A stretch of DNA of 64,000 nucleotides, from assembly GCA_030390025.1 (NCBI GenBank), contig CM059432.1, positions 33,792,001 to 33,856,000 on the forward strand, given 5' to 3'. Under the pieces are notes generated by a model. The model had not been told where the DNA came from. It saw nothing but the letters and a program-made list of their open reading frames with translations, and did not search any database. Origin of the DNA: Squalus acanthias (Eukaryota). Below, one piece after another: positions 26,300-38,904 of this stretch (position 1 is the first letter of the stretch; every line of letters begins with the position of its first letter). Both the position numbers and the translations under genes were made by a program.

Positions 26300-27920
26300 A
26301 CAAAGATAATGATACTTGACCCAAGAAATGCAAATCTCAACGTGATAAAAAGGAAACTAAATTGGCAGATAAGACAATTGACAGGAAACTTTCAAACAAG
26401 AGATGATGAGGACAGAATATAAATACTCCCGCAAGAAGTAAAGGGAGTGCAGCAAAAGTTGGAATTCATTTGATGAGTAAAGGAATTAAAATTAAACTGA
26501 GATTTAAGAGGCATGAGAAAACTTGAGGGCTAATAAGACGAAAGGAAAAATACAGAGGGGAAGCAAAAAAAGGTGCTCAGAAAGGATAAGAGGGTGTGAA
26601 GAAAGACTGGCTGGGAACAATTGGCAGCCCGTTTTAAATTCTGCTCGATTTTCTTTTCCATTGACTTTAGTAACAATAGGGAGGGCGCAGAAGAGATTTA
26701 CTAAGGTGACACCAGGGTTGAGAGACTTTAGTTATGAGGAGAGATGAGAGAAACCACAGTTCTTTTCACTCGAACAGTGAGGGAATAAGAGTAGATCTGC
26801 ACAATACCAGCACCCAACCTCTTACTATTCATTTGCATATCCTGGAGACTGCAGGAAAAACTGAGATGTTTTGATGAGGTAAACAGAGAAACACTCTTTC
26901 CACTGATCAGTGAGTCAGTAACTAGAGGGCATGATTTTAAGAGTGCCAAAAAAAACTAAGGGAGAAGTTAGGAAAAACTTGTATGCAGAGGATTATTAAG
27001 ACACGGAATGTCCTATCAGGACCAGTGGTCGAAGAATCCATAATAGGTTTCAAAAAGGAAGTGAATAAATGAGGCAGAAATTCCGATCCCGACGGGTGGG
27101 TACGCGCTGTGTACTCATCCGTAGGGACATCGGAAATGCCGGTTTCAGGCATGCACTGCACATGCGCTGGAAACCGGCATTTCTGATCTGTCAAGAAAGC
27201 TCTTGACAGATCGGACGCCTGCCCTGGAGCAGGGCCTCTGCGGGTGGAGAGTTCCGTTTTTTGGAGACCCTCCGCCCGCAGAAAACACTTACAATTTTCT
27301 TGCGCCTTCAAAATCAGGCGCAAGGTCTGCTTTTACCAGGCTAAGAGTTGAACAAAGTAAAAAGAATTTTTTTTTTCCACTAATTTATCATTTTAAAATA
27401 CTTTAAAGAAAGGTAAGTTTATTTTTAGCCCCGTTAAAAACTTAAATTATTTTTTTCAAAAATTTAAATTTTTGTTTACAATAGTTAATTTATGTAATTT
27501 ATAGTCATTTTAAAAATGTGATGCTTTTTTAAAATTTATTTGAAGTTTTACTTATGTTATGGGGGTGATCTCTATTCATAGATTTGACAGGTCTTCCTGT
27601 CAAATCTATGAATGGAGATTCCCTGCTCTGATTGGCTCCCCATGGCCCACGTGATCCCAGGGACGCTGCGAACTACCTGCGCCCCTGGGATACGCGTGCC
27701 CTGCACACCGGCAGTTTGAAGAGGCACAGCAACGGAACTCTGCGCCTCCCGGGAGCCCTCCGGTCCAGGCGGAGATTTTTCCAAATCGCAGCCCTCCGCC
27801 TGCGGGAGAGCTGCGAACGGAATTTCTGGGCCATTATTTAAAAATGAAAAACAATTGTAAGGGTGTGGGGAAAGGGAAGTGGAATGAGACTAAGTAGATA
27901 GCTCTTACAGAGAGCTGGCT
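26300..27920 (+). mobile_element. Highly degenerate CR1 fragments hosting a MITE
   Basis: RAQKRFTKVTPGLRDFSYEER and 3' UTR motifs on both sides of the 27071-27832 insert. Confidence 0.6.
27071..27832. mobile_element. Harbinger-type MITE
   Basis: Ends GAGGCAGAAATTCCG / CGGAATTTCTGGGCC; GC-rich subtermini, AT-rich core; flanks AAT/ATT. Confidence 0.7.
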
Positions 27921-27939
27921 CAGGCACAGGCACAAATGA

Positions 27940-28258
27940 TCTCTGGGAACTCTGCGTTCCTCCAATTCTAGCTTCTTGTGCATCCCCCATTTCCTTCTCC
28001 CCACCACTGGTGGCCGTGCCTTCAGCCGTCTAAGCCTTAAGCTCTGGAATTCTCACCTTAAACCTCTCAGCCTCTCCACCTCGCTCTCCTTCTTTAAGAC
28101 ACTTCTTAAAACCCACCTCTTTGACCATGCTTTTGGTCACCCGTCCTAATACCTCCTTCTATGGCTCAGTGTCAATTGTTGCCCGATTACGTTCCTGTGA
28201 AGCACCTTGGGACGTTTTACTCTGGTAAAGGCACTGTATAAATATAAGTTGTTGTTGC
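27940..28258 (+). mobile_element. L2-like LINE 3' end (second copy at 34858-35232)
   Basis: gccttcagc..aagctctggaattc..cctctttgacc; tail taaatataagttgttgttg. Confidence 0.65.
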
Positions 28259-28289
28259 AATATTCTATGAATTCCCAATTCATCTATTT

Positions 28290-28562
28290 TCATTAGTGTT
28301 GGTTAAGGGAGGAATGTTGACTAGGAAAGCTGTTCTTCTTCACATGATGCTACAGAGTCTTTAACCATCCACCTGAACAGGCAAATGCAGTCTCAGTTTA
28401 ACATCTGATTTGATAGACAATATGTCAAACAACGCAGCATGCCCTCAGTACTGCGCTAGAACGTCAGTCTAGATAATGAGATTAAGTCCTGGATCCTGGA
28501 GTGGGGCTTGGACTCACAACCTTCTGACTCTGAACCAAGGGTATTACCACCTGAGCCAAGCT
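28290..28562 (-). mobile_element. Degenerate SacSINE-like SINE
   Basis: Reverse complement of SINE head/body (ctgagccaag, ccctcagtactgc). Confidence 0.6.
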
Positions 28563-30679
28563 GACATCAGCACTAAATTGGAAATCTCACTCAGTAAGTG
28601 GGCCATTATAAACCCTTCATCTAGGTTTGCCCAATAAAGCAAAATGCAGCTTCAGTAAAATAAATTAAGAAAACTGTACTCAATCTAAAACTCGACACTG
28701 CCAAGTTGAGAATGAGATGACGCTAGAATAAAGGTGACAAACAGGGGCGGCAGCTCCCTGCAAAGGTTCGGTTTGGGGACTGGATCCGCTTGGGGTCCCT
28801 GATGCCATCCTGGATTTCACCGTTGATGTGGGAAGGCCTCTACAGACCAGTCGTGCAGAAATGGAGTGCGTTAGGTGGAGAGCTTGGCCTGCCTGGACTG
28901 ACCCATGCTGCAGGGGGAATGGATCTGCTAGGGCCTCCTGACTGCCTCAGGGTCCCCATGCAATTGCAGAGCACTAACACATCACAAAGAAAGGCACACA
29001 TGAGAAAAGACATGCAGACCACCTAGCTCATTCGTCCAGAGAAACTTACAGTTCCCCCATCAAGCATCTAACTTTCTCTTCAATGATTTCAGAGATTTGT
29101 CTCCATTACCTATCTGCTACAAACTAGTTTAACGACTAAACCACATGCAAGAAACAAGGAGTGAGAGAGAAAATGAGAGAGAGTGAGCGAAAGAGAGAGA
29201 AAGAGAGACTGTTAGCTACAATAGTCTGGGGAAGAGTTAGAGAAACAAAAAAAAAGGAGGGTCAGTCATGTGCTTTTAATTCTCATTTAAACAAGTATGT
29301 GGGCAAGTAATAAAGGATAAGTACAGCATGAATACCCTAGTCTGGTATTGATTCATATCAAGCTACCCACTTGAACGCCCCAGACTGAGAGTACGCCCTT
29401 AATGATAACTGCATATATGTCCTGTCATACATCATTTTAATTTGTCTGTAAACCAATTGGAAAAAAAATCTGCACACTTGACTCTTCAAAGGCAATCTGA
29501 GTATTTCCTAACAACTTTAATTGAGACCTAGTCATGCTACACGGTGTTTTAGAAAACTCATGTCATTACATTGGTTCTATTGACCTATGGCAACCTGAGA
29601 ACTCCAACCACACAAACCACACATTGACCCTGTAGTGATTAATTCAACTGCAATGGAATAATTCCAATTGTGCTGCCAAGCAGCAGAAGGAAAGGGGAGG
29701 GAGGAAAATGGGGCACTGTGCAAACCAACCCAACTCAATCTCACAAATCAGTCACAACGCAAAAGGCCTCCGTGTCCCTGTCTTTGAGGAAAGGATTTGG
29801 ATAGAAGGAAGCAATAGTGGAATGTACGAAAGCGCCGTCTTGCCAAGTTCGAGGCTAGAAAAAACAAAAGATTAAAGGATGAAATCGAAGCACTTTGCGT
29901 CTGCTAGCTCCTTTTCCTGGGTCAGGCACGGCCTTGTCCCTCGGCTGCCATGCGATGTGGACCTGCTTTGGCTATAAATCCATGGTGACCTGCATGTCTG
30001 TGTCAAAGCCAAAGAGCGGTTGTGCATATGCAAAGTGAGCAATGTGCCTACTGCACACATAGCTTGGGAATCTTCTTTCTGTATGGTATAGAGATGATAC
30101 ACTGTGCTATCTCTCACCCTTTCCCCTCAACAATACTGCAAATTAATTAAGTGCCCAAGGAGAACAGTCTATCCATTATATATATATATATATATTTTTT
30201 ATATTCTTTGTCGGGATATGGGAAAGGCCAATATTTTATTGCCCATCCTTAGTTGTCCTTGAGAAGGTAATGGTGGGTCTTCCTCTTGAACCGCTTCAAA
30301 CCATGTGGTGAAGGTACTCCAGGATTTTGACCCAGTGACAATGAAGGAACAGCGATACATGTTGACGTCGGGATGGTGTGTGACTTCGAGGGAGATTTGG
30401 CGGTGATGATGTTCCCATGTCCTTCTAGGTGGTGGAGGTCGTGGGTTTAGGACGTGCTGGCAAAGTAGCCTTGGCAAGTTGCTGTAATGCATCTTGTAGA
30501 TAGTATATATGTAGACATACGGCACATGAGACTATTTCGAAGATAAGCAGGGAGTTCTGCCCAGTGTCCTGGCCAATATTTATCTCTCAACCAATATCAC
30601 TAAAAAACATATTATCTTATTGCTGTTTGTGGGACCGCATTTTATTTCTTTCTTTCTCTTTCTTTTACATGTTGAGCAC

Positions 30680-31020
30680 TGACTCTACTAGGGAGGGAGT
30701 CCAAAACTAGAGGCCTTAAATATAAGATCGTCACTAACAAATTCAATAAGGAATTCAGGAGAAACTTCTTTACTCAGAGAGAGGTGCGAATGTGGAACTC
30801 GCTACCACATGAAATGGTTGAGGCGAGGAGCATAGATGCATTTAAGAGGAAGCTAGATAAGCATATGAAGGGGAAAGCAATAGAAGGATATGTGGATAGG
30901 GTGAGGTGAAGTAAATAGAGTAGGAGGAAGCTCGTGTGGAGCATAAACACTGGTATAGACCATTGGGCCGAATGTACTGTTTCTGTGCTGTAAAATTCTA
31001 TGTAATTCTATATAATTCTA
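30680..31020 (+). mobile_element. CR1-like LINE 3' end
   Basis: aggagaaacttctttactcagagag..tggaactcgctacc; tail attctatgtaattctat. Confidence 0.8.
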
Positions 31021-31541
31021 CTAAGACTTCTAAGTCTCTTTCATCCTTTGCTATTTCAACACCATTTGTGAAGTCCTATGTACAGTATATTCTGCATTAA
31101 ATTTTAGCTGCCATTGTTCGCCCATTTACATATTTTGTCTAACTCATTCTGTAATCTCTGGGCTGCTTCCTCTGATTCCACTGCCCCTCCTAGCATGGTA
31201 TTGTCTATCAATTTGGACAACTTGCATTGAGTTGCTGAATTCAACTCACTGATGTCAATTAGAAACAGTAGCAGTCACTGCACCGAGCCCTGGGGCACCC
31301 CACTCAGTACGTTCCCCCACCCCAACACGATTCCTCTAATAAGTACAAGGTTTTTTCTTTGGACAGTGTCAGTTGTACCTTAAATCTCCACAGCTTTGAG
31401 TCTTACACGTGGGACTTTAATGCCTTTTGGAAGTCTAGTTATACCACATTATAGGGTTTAGCATACTTTACTTGGGTTGTAATCTCCTCAAAGAAGCCAT
31501 GGAGGTAATCCAAAAAGCATGTTCCATTCCTAAGCAATATT

Positions 31542-32334
31542 GGGGGAAAAATTCGGTTGGTTTACGACTCCCGTTAGTGCCTTAAGAGGGCGCTAATGGG
31601 ACGCAAAGCAGATCGTGACGTCAGTCGAGCGTGCAATGCCCCGGTAGTGCCCCGGACCGGATATTGAGTGGTGCCCCCTGCCTTACCGCCTGCCGCTAGC
31701 AACGACAGGTTGAGGGGAGCGTTTTGCAGTCGGGAAGGGACTGGGGGAGCGCTATTTAAAGGCGACCGCTTACTGCCTTTTTTTGTCGGCAAAATTTTTG
31801 CACCGCGCATTCTGAGTGAGAGAGAGAGAGACTTCTGGAGATATTCAACGCTGTGTTGAGGAGTTTTGGCTACTGAGCAGCACTTGGCAGGTTCATTTTG
31901 ATTTGATCTTCCTTGTATCGATTTAGAAGAGACTGTGGGGGCTGCACTCTGAGCTCTTTCCCTGGGTCTCTCCATTGTTCTTTCCAGCAGTTTTGATGTA
32001 CAGGTCTCTCCAGGCCGAGATTCGAGGCTGCAATGAGCAGGGTGTGGATGGAGAGCAAGATCTACCCTCCCCTTTAAGAACTGGCTGGCTCCAGTGTGTC
32101 TGTTCCATTGCTGACTGACATCACATGAGCTTCGCCAGCGCTCTGAGGTAGCGCCTCGCTCCTCGGCGTTAGCGCCTTAAGAGAGGTGTGTAGCGCCTGA
32201 TTTAGCGCTCCAATCACCTCCAGGGGCGATAGAAGCCAAGTTTGCAGTCGAAGGCGATAATTAGCGCCAGGCGCTAAACTTTGCGCCTGGCCGATAATTA
32301 TGCCTCAAATGGGGCGATACCAAATTTCTCCCCC
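31542..32334. mobile_element. Non-autonomous internal-deletion derivative related to the Harbinger at 38393-42680
   Basis: TIR GGGGGAAAAATT / AATTTCTCCCCC, TSD ATT; both subterminal regions align with the two ends of 38393-42680. Confidence 0.88.
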
Positions 32335-32798
32335 ATTGACTGTTGTTTAGTACCATATCATGTCCCCAGGACATCCCAGTGTTCTTCCCATCCAATCTAA
32401 TGATTGACTTTTCTCTTGAGGTGCAGTCACTGTTGTTGTGTATCTGAATGTATCAGTTGATCTGCACAGAACAAGACCTCATAAACAGCAAGTAAGAGGA
32501 GTGACTAGTTAGTCTATTATTTTTTGTGTTGAAGTTGGGTGAGGGAGGAATTTTAACTAGGAGAACTCCCTGTTTTTTAGTTATGTCATGGGATCTTTCA
32601 ATTTTGCCTGAGGGAACTGCTTTGTCCACAAGGATGATGGTCGTGCAGAGTAGATAAAGGTAGTTAATACTGGGTAAATTAATACCGTTAAAAAGGGAAC
32701 TGGATCAATAACTGGCAAGAAAGGGGAATGAAGGTCACAAATATATTACAAGATCTGCTGCCTCACATATGGATGAAGAAAAGAGTCTAGAGATAATT

Positions 32799-32934
32799 GC
32801 TGGGAATTTCCTCTTGGATTCTTCTGATCGTCTGCTGTAACTTCGGAGGGAGATTGGCAAAAACACCATTTATCCGATGTATCCGGGTTTTCCTCTCATC
32901 TTCTGCGGAGAGAACTCCAGAGGAAATTCCCAGC
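32799..32934. mobile_element. ~135-bp hairpin MITE
   Basis: Perfect 16-bp TIR GCTGGGAATTTCCTCT / AGAGGAAATTCCCAGC. Confidence 0.7.
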
Positions 32935-34857
32935 GCATCAATGATGGGTGGGGCGGCGGGATGAGGAGAGGGTCAATGAATGAGGTAGTTATACACAGAT
33001 TGTGGAAATGAATGGGTCCAAGTGCCGAATGGCGGCTTCTTGTTACAAGCTCAGATTCTCGAGACCTTCCTTGCTTGACGTGTGTAAAGCATCAGACAGT
33101 GATGAGAGAAAATAGCTCACAAGTGTAGCCTGGAACTGGCACTTTTATGCAAGTTTAAAACCAGCCAAGGTGCAGAACAGGAGGTGGGGGGGGGGAGGTA
33201 CGGGGAGAGGTGAGATCATAGCTCCGAAATTTGCAGCTGATGAAAATTAATTGAAACCTTAATAACCTCAAAAATTAATATCTCCACACCACCAGACATG
33301 GAAACAATTGAGGAGAAGAATGACTTTTATTAGTTTACATTCAAAAATTTTCCAGACACCACTCAAAAAAATGGATTTTGAGCCAAAACCAAACAGGTGG
33401 AAACCCCCTCATGACCTTAACATCACTGCTTCCTTCAAGGAACTGGATATGCTCCACTCCTCTGAATTACAATCAGCCCGGATGGAAAATATATATACTT
33501 TTTAAAAAAGATGATTAAGTACCAGTTGCAATGCAGAGCGGTGAGTGACTCAGACTGAGGTGCATGACGGAATCTGCCCAGCCGCCTCCCAAAGGCTCGG
33601 CCTAGTTCGGAAGCATGTCCCATTACATCCCCTACAGGCATTCCCACGCTCCCATTAATACCCGCACTGACCTCAGCGTGTTCCTCAGATTCTGGCCTGC
33701 TCCAATTATCGCAAACGGGCCTGAGCTGAGGGCAGTGTTCTAGTCCTTAATGTCCCACAGGTGAAAATGCAGTGTGCTGATTCCCTCCACCCCCCTTCCC
33801 ACCCCAGTTCCCCCTTATTTTCATTTCTACAAAATCACAGAATGAAAGTCAGTGTGTGGACAAATCTGCTGTTGTCTTTTCTCGTTCCTTTTTTTAAATG
33901 ATTCTCTCCTCTTCCAATATAACATTTTACGCACTTCAAATGGAATCCATTGCACCAAGTCCTTTGAAATGTTTTGATGACATAATAAGGCTCTAAGTAA
34001 ATGCGACTATTTCTTAGAATCATGGAATATTCCAGCTCAGATCTATCCCACCCAGACTAATCCCACTCTCCTGTTTACTCCCCATGCCTTATAAGCAACT
34101 ATTTAATTCCTTTTTCAAAGCATTTACAGAGAGCAAAAACAATTTTGCATTTATATATTGCCTTTAACATCCATTTCCTTCCATAACTCAGTGCCTAGCT
34201 CAGTATCTCTGTGCTGGGGGAATAGGAAATCTGTAGGGCTTCCCACTCCCAACCATTGTCTACCAGCACTCGTGAAGAATGGCCGTGTTGGCAAATTGCC
34301 ATCTGATGACTGGCAACATTACCCGAGCATGAGTCAGTGCCTCCTGGAGTGAAAGGGAAAAAGGAGAACACATTGATCTTTATTACATAGGGGCGTGAGT
34401 AACAAGAAAATCGTTCTCCTAGTACAATGTTCATGCTTTTTAAAACTTGGGTGAGAGTGGGAACATAGGTACAGGATTAGGACATTTGGGCCCTCGAGCC
34501 TGTTCCACCATTCAGTGGCTCATCTGTACCTCAGGTCCATTAATCCACGTTGACTCCGTATCCCATGATACCCTTACCTAACAAGAAAATATCAATCTCA
34601 GACGTGAAAGCTCTAATTGACCCAACATCCACAACCTTTTCGAGCAGAGAATGCCAGATTTCTATCACCCTTTGTGAAGGTAAAGGTAGATGTTCCGAAT
34701 AGCCAGGATTCATAAAATGGCCGCAACCAATCAGTAACAGAGGCAGAGATCCATTTCATTTGTTCTCTGTCCAGTTAAATGAATCACATAGATTGCCCGT
34801 CATGGTTTCACGAGCACAGGAAATTTCCATGTGGAGCAAGCGGCAGCTTAACTTTGG

Positions 34858-35232
34858 AGGAGCATGGCCTCACCCCTCCATAAGTCTGTAACCTCCTTCA
34901 GCCTTACAACCCACCAGCAACTCCGCGTTCCTTCAACTCTGGCCTCTGGTTCATCCCCCCACTTCCTTCGCTCCACTGTTGGCGGCCATGCCTCCAGCTG
35001 TCTAGGCCCTAAGCTCTGGAATTCCCACCCCAAACCTCCTCTTCTCTTCATATCTCTCTCGTACTTTAAGACCCTCCTTAAACCCCACCTTTTTGACTCG
35101 GCTTTTAGTCACCTGTCCTAGTGTCTCCTTCCTTCTTTGGCTTGGTGTCAGTTTTTGTCTGATTACGCTCCTGTGAAGCGCCGGGACCTTTCACTACATT
35201 AAAGGCGCTATACAAATAAAAGTTGTTGTTAT
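34858..35232 (+). mobile_element. L2-like LINE 3' end
   Basis: Homologous to 27940-28258; tail aagttgttgtt. Confidence 0.65.
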
Positions 35233-35329
35233 TAACTTTTATGTGTTAATGAAGCCCTGGTGACACCAATTAGACAGATGTTCCTGCTATTTCCTGACAT
35301 TCCCAGTCCCATATTGGTGGTTCATGTAC

Positions 35330-36510
35330 CCACCCATTTAAAATGGCGTGTGTTGCTAGGCACAGAGCTGTAGATGGAAGTGGATTTAAAGATCCTTGAC
35401 TGAAGATTATTTGGAGCATTTTCAGAGAATTTCTGAACCATTTTTTTCTAGCTTTTATTTTTGCTGTGACATCGCCCTTTTATTTTGCAACAACAATAAC
35501 AACACAGTGGGTTTTCCCATGGGAATCCCCCTATAATACTGGTATTTTTTGGAGCAGGAAGAGGCGGATCAATGGAGGATCAATGATAGGCCAGTCAGAA
35601 TGCACTGGAAACTTTTATGTTCACCCATTGAGACCCTCACAGCCGCAGTTATAGACACATGCCTCGCTCTGTCAGAAGAGCAGTACATACGGAGGGTTCG
35701 ATTCCCAAGAAAGACTGTGACAGCGGACCTGATGGCATGAACGTGAAATGGGAAACCAAGATGGGACGGGGGCGGTTCTTCAAAAGCAGCCCAATCACAG
35801 TTGTTCATGCTTCCAGTTGTGCTAAATGAAAGAAGGCACGTAGGAAGGTCATTGAAACCCACTGTAGAACCATCAGTCACATCTGCAGGCCCTGCCTGTG
35901 GGGTGCAGGTTCCACAAGCCTTCATCAAGCAGAGCTGTGAAAGTCAGCTGTCTTGTGAGAAGGGTCCCCCTGGGTGGCAAACAGGATCGTTGGGGGAGAC
36001 TTTCAACTACTGGCCACCCAGTTCTTGCCTGAAAAACAGGCGACCAGCAGTTGAAAGTCTGGCGGGGACCTTATACACTCATTTGCCCTCCTGAATCAAC
36101 TGTCAGGCAGGCATTCAAATGGGTGCCAATCACACCTGCCCAAAACAGGCGAGAGGCTGTTTAGTTATGCAAATTGGAACCCTACACCTGTTGTGGGACC
36201 CCAATCACAAATTTTAAGGAGAAATAGGCAGAGCATGCATGGCTTATGCCAGTCTCATTGCCCCAGGCCTTGAGAGGCCCAACCGGCGATCCTAAAAGGA
36301 TCTTTAAAGGTGATCTGCTGGAGGCCTCGCTGAAAAGGTTATTCTTTTTAAAGATCTTTGTGGGGCCAGGAAAAGCAGGAGCTGTAGATGGAAGTGCATT
36401 TAAAGATCCTTGCATGTAGATTGTTTGGAGCGTTTTTGGAAAATTTATGAACCTTTTTTTCCTGCTTTTATTTTTGCTGTGACATCGCCCTTTTTATTTT
36501 ACAACCCACA
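35330..36510 (+). mobile_element. Degenerate Harbinger fragments with a duplicated ~125-bp 5' segment
   Basis: LSEEQYIRRVRFPRKTV resembles transposase N-terminus MSEELCLRRLRFSKEVV; 35365-35490 is repeated at 36380-36505. Confidence 0.5.
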
Positions 36511-36724
36511 AATATTTTCTAGCCCGTTCTTGTAGCCTCCTGGCATCCAATCCCCCCACCCCACTCCGACAGGCTGGCTTTGTGCTACGGCCGGCAGGAT
36601 TTTCCCCTGCGGGAAATTGGTGAGTTGCAGCGATGGTGCCAGTTTGGTTCCCAGCTGGGTGGGCCCTGTGGGTGCACATCACCAATATCACGTCTGTTCG
36701 ACACCCAACCCAAAAAGTTCAGAA

Positions 36725-36872
36725 ATTGAAAGGGTAGATACAGACAGGTTATTTCCTCTGATGGGGGGAATCCAGAACAAGGGGCAGCGGCACAATCTTA
36801 AAATTAAAGCTAGGCCATTCAGGAGTGAAATCAAGAAGCATTTTTGGACACAAATGGAAATTTGGATCTTTC
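36725..36872 (+). mobile_element. CR1 3' end, left half (continues at ~53608-53795)
   Basis: RHNLKIKARPFRSEIKKHF; continuation GAFKTEIDRFF after the SINE/ERV. Confidence 0.75.
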
Positions 36873-36952
36873 ACAGAATCACAACAATGCAGATAGAGGC
36901 CATTTCGGCCCATCTAGCCTGCACCGACACATATCCCACTCTATCCCCGTAA
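36873..36952 (-). mobile_element. V-SINE/HE1-like SINE 3' tail, split by the ERV
   Basis: ggccatttcggcccatc tail; ctatccccGTAA joins GTAAccccacg at 53374 to restore the empty site. Confidence 0.7.
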
Positions 36953-38044
36953 TGTAAGGGGTGACCTGCGGCTCTGTGCTTAGCCTGGGTGCTAGTGCGA
37001 GGTTAGGCCTTGTTGCCTGTTCTGGTCTCCAGCCAGCCTGGTAACACTAGACACCTGTGAGTGGTTCGACCCACTCGCCCTTACGGTTCTGTCACTGGAC
37101 TTAGGTGCGAGAGCAATAATGCAGAGAAAAACTCAGGTAGACCCGGTCGAATAGTGCGAAATGGAAAATCTTTATTGCATATTATTCAAGATTACGAGAT
37201 ACATGTCATAAGCACAGATTAATGACAGTACAATCTTACACACAGTTATGTAACTAATTTTAGGGAAACGAGGAGCGCATGACACATCGTAAAAAGGGAC
37301 ACACATTATACTTATCCTTAAAACTTAAACCCTCCCCTATCAATACCTGTCCTAATCTAGATTTGTAGGATCGAGACTCATGCTCACCACTCGTGATAAC
37401 TCGGAGAATTCCGAAACTCTGCTCGGATGTTTTTACCGCAGCACCTGACTATCCACGTGCTGATCAGGGGTCTCTGTACCCCACTTGTTTACTCGTTTCT
37501 GCTCCGGCTAGCAGGCTGGACCGTCTGCTGTCATGAAGATCTGTGTTGTCCTCGGAGTTCCGATACTACTCGAAAAAGAGTCTTCCTGTGCCCTCACCAG
37601 TTTGTAAAATTCAAAGAAAGGTCTTCCTGGGCAAGGAAGTGTTTATTCGACTTACAGGCGCGGTCGGGGCTTACTGACCGTGGCGATGCGTATTGTCGTC
37701 TTCTTCTCTTCTCATCTCATCTCATCTCCTCGGTACAATAGCCCTTATTCTCACCTGGGAGACCGATTCCAGTATTTATGTATAAAATGCAAACCCATCA
37801 TGTCTTGTGAATTATCTCAAATGTGCTGAGTCCTGTACGATCTTGCACAAATGTTTATTGGAACGCCATCTTGTCTGCCCATTGAAAGTCTAGAACCTTC
37901 TGCCACGAGGCGTGGCGGCCATTTTACAGGCTGTTTGTGTCCGCTTTGAAACCTGACAGCATTCTGCTGAAATAAAGCTGTTTGTACGAAACTTTATGTC
38001 TCCTTCTTATTTTATAAAATCGCGATAATTTTGCGAATTCTACA
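36953..38044 (-). repeat. ERV 3' LTR (1092 bp; lacks 559 bp present in the 5' LTR)
   Basis: Colinear with 51723-53373 except for 52502-53060; about 4 substitutions counted by eye. Confidence 0.95.
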
Positions 38045-38055
38045 GTCCCTCCTGT
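38045..38055 (-). promoter_or_regulatory. ERV polypurine tract
   Basis: Minus strand ACAGGAGGGAC immediately precedes TGTAG of the 3' LTR. Confidence 0.75.
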
Positions 38056-38904
38056 TGATGCGAATAACTCCGCTTATCGTATCAAAAATATTGTGGTGAG
38101 CAATATTATCTCGATTCTCCACATCCAAAAATTCCCATAACTTAAAACTATCTAGGGTCTCCGTGTCGTCCTTATTTCCCAGGAAAACTACATTCTTATA
38201 ACACCATAGGAAGCATTTGCCTTTAACTTACACCGCGTGTATTTCCTTCCAGGTGTAACCAGGCCGATGCCTCTCGCACCACCTGCATATGCATATTTTT
38301 TTATTCAAAGAAAAAAGAAAACAAAAACCAACCAAACAATCATATTCAACAACACCAAATCAAATTAATCAAAACCAACTCTTAAACATGTAGGGGTAAA
38401 AATTCAGTTGGTTGCGCCTCCCGTTAGCGCCTTAAATGGGCGCTAATGGGGCGTTAAGGCGCTAACGCCCGGGCGCAGCGCTGTTTGCGCCGCTCGAGAA
38501 CTTAACTTGAGATTGTGCGGCGGCGCTAAAACTTACCGCTGCGACCACCTGCGCGCGCAGATTGTGACGTCAGTCCGTGGTGCAACGCCCTTGGGGCGCC
38601 CCGGAGCGGAAATTGAGTGGCGCCCCCTGCCTTACCGCCTGGCGCTTCCAACGACCGGAAGACTGGAACGTTATCAATCGGTCTGGGGCTGGGGGGGGCG
38701 CTATTTAAAGGGGGCCTCTTCCTGTCTTTTTCTGTGGTCGACATTTATGCACCACTCGTTCTGAGAGAGAGAGAGAGATTCGGAGAGAGAGAGAGAGAGA
38801 CTTCTACATTGACTCAACGCTTTGTGAGGTAGTTTTGCCTAGTTCATCCTAACTTTGCTGCTACTTTCGTTGCTGTACCTCATTACTTTTCTGGCAAAGA
38901 GAAG

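Noticed and set aside
29700..30000. Possible host coding exon (RKRRLAKFE-like peptide)
   Set aside because: Frame is bounded by nearby stops with no convincing splice sites.
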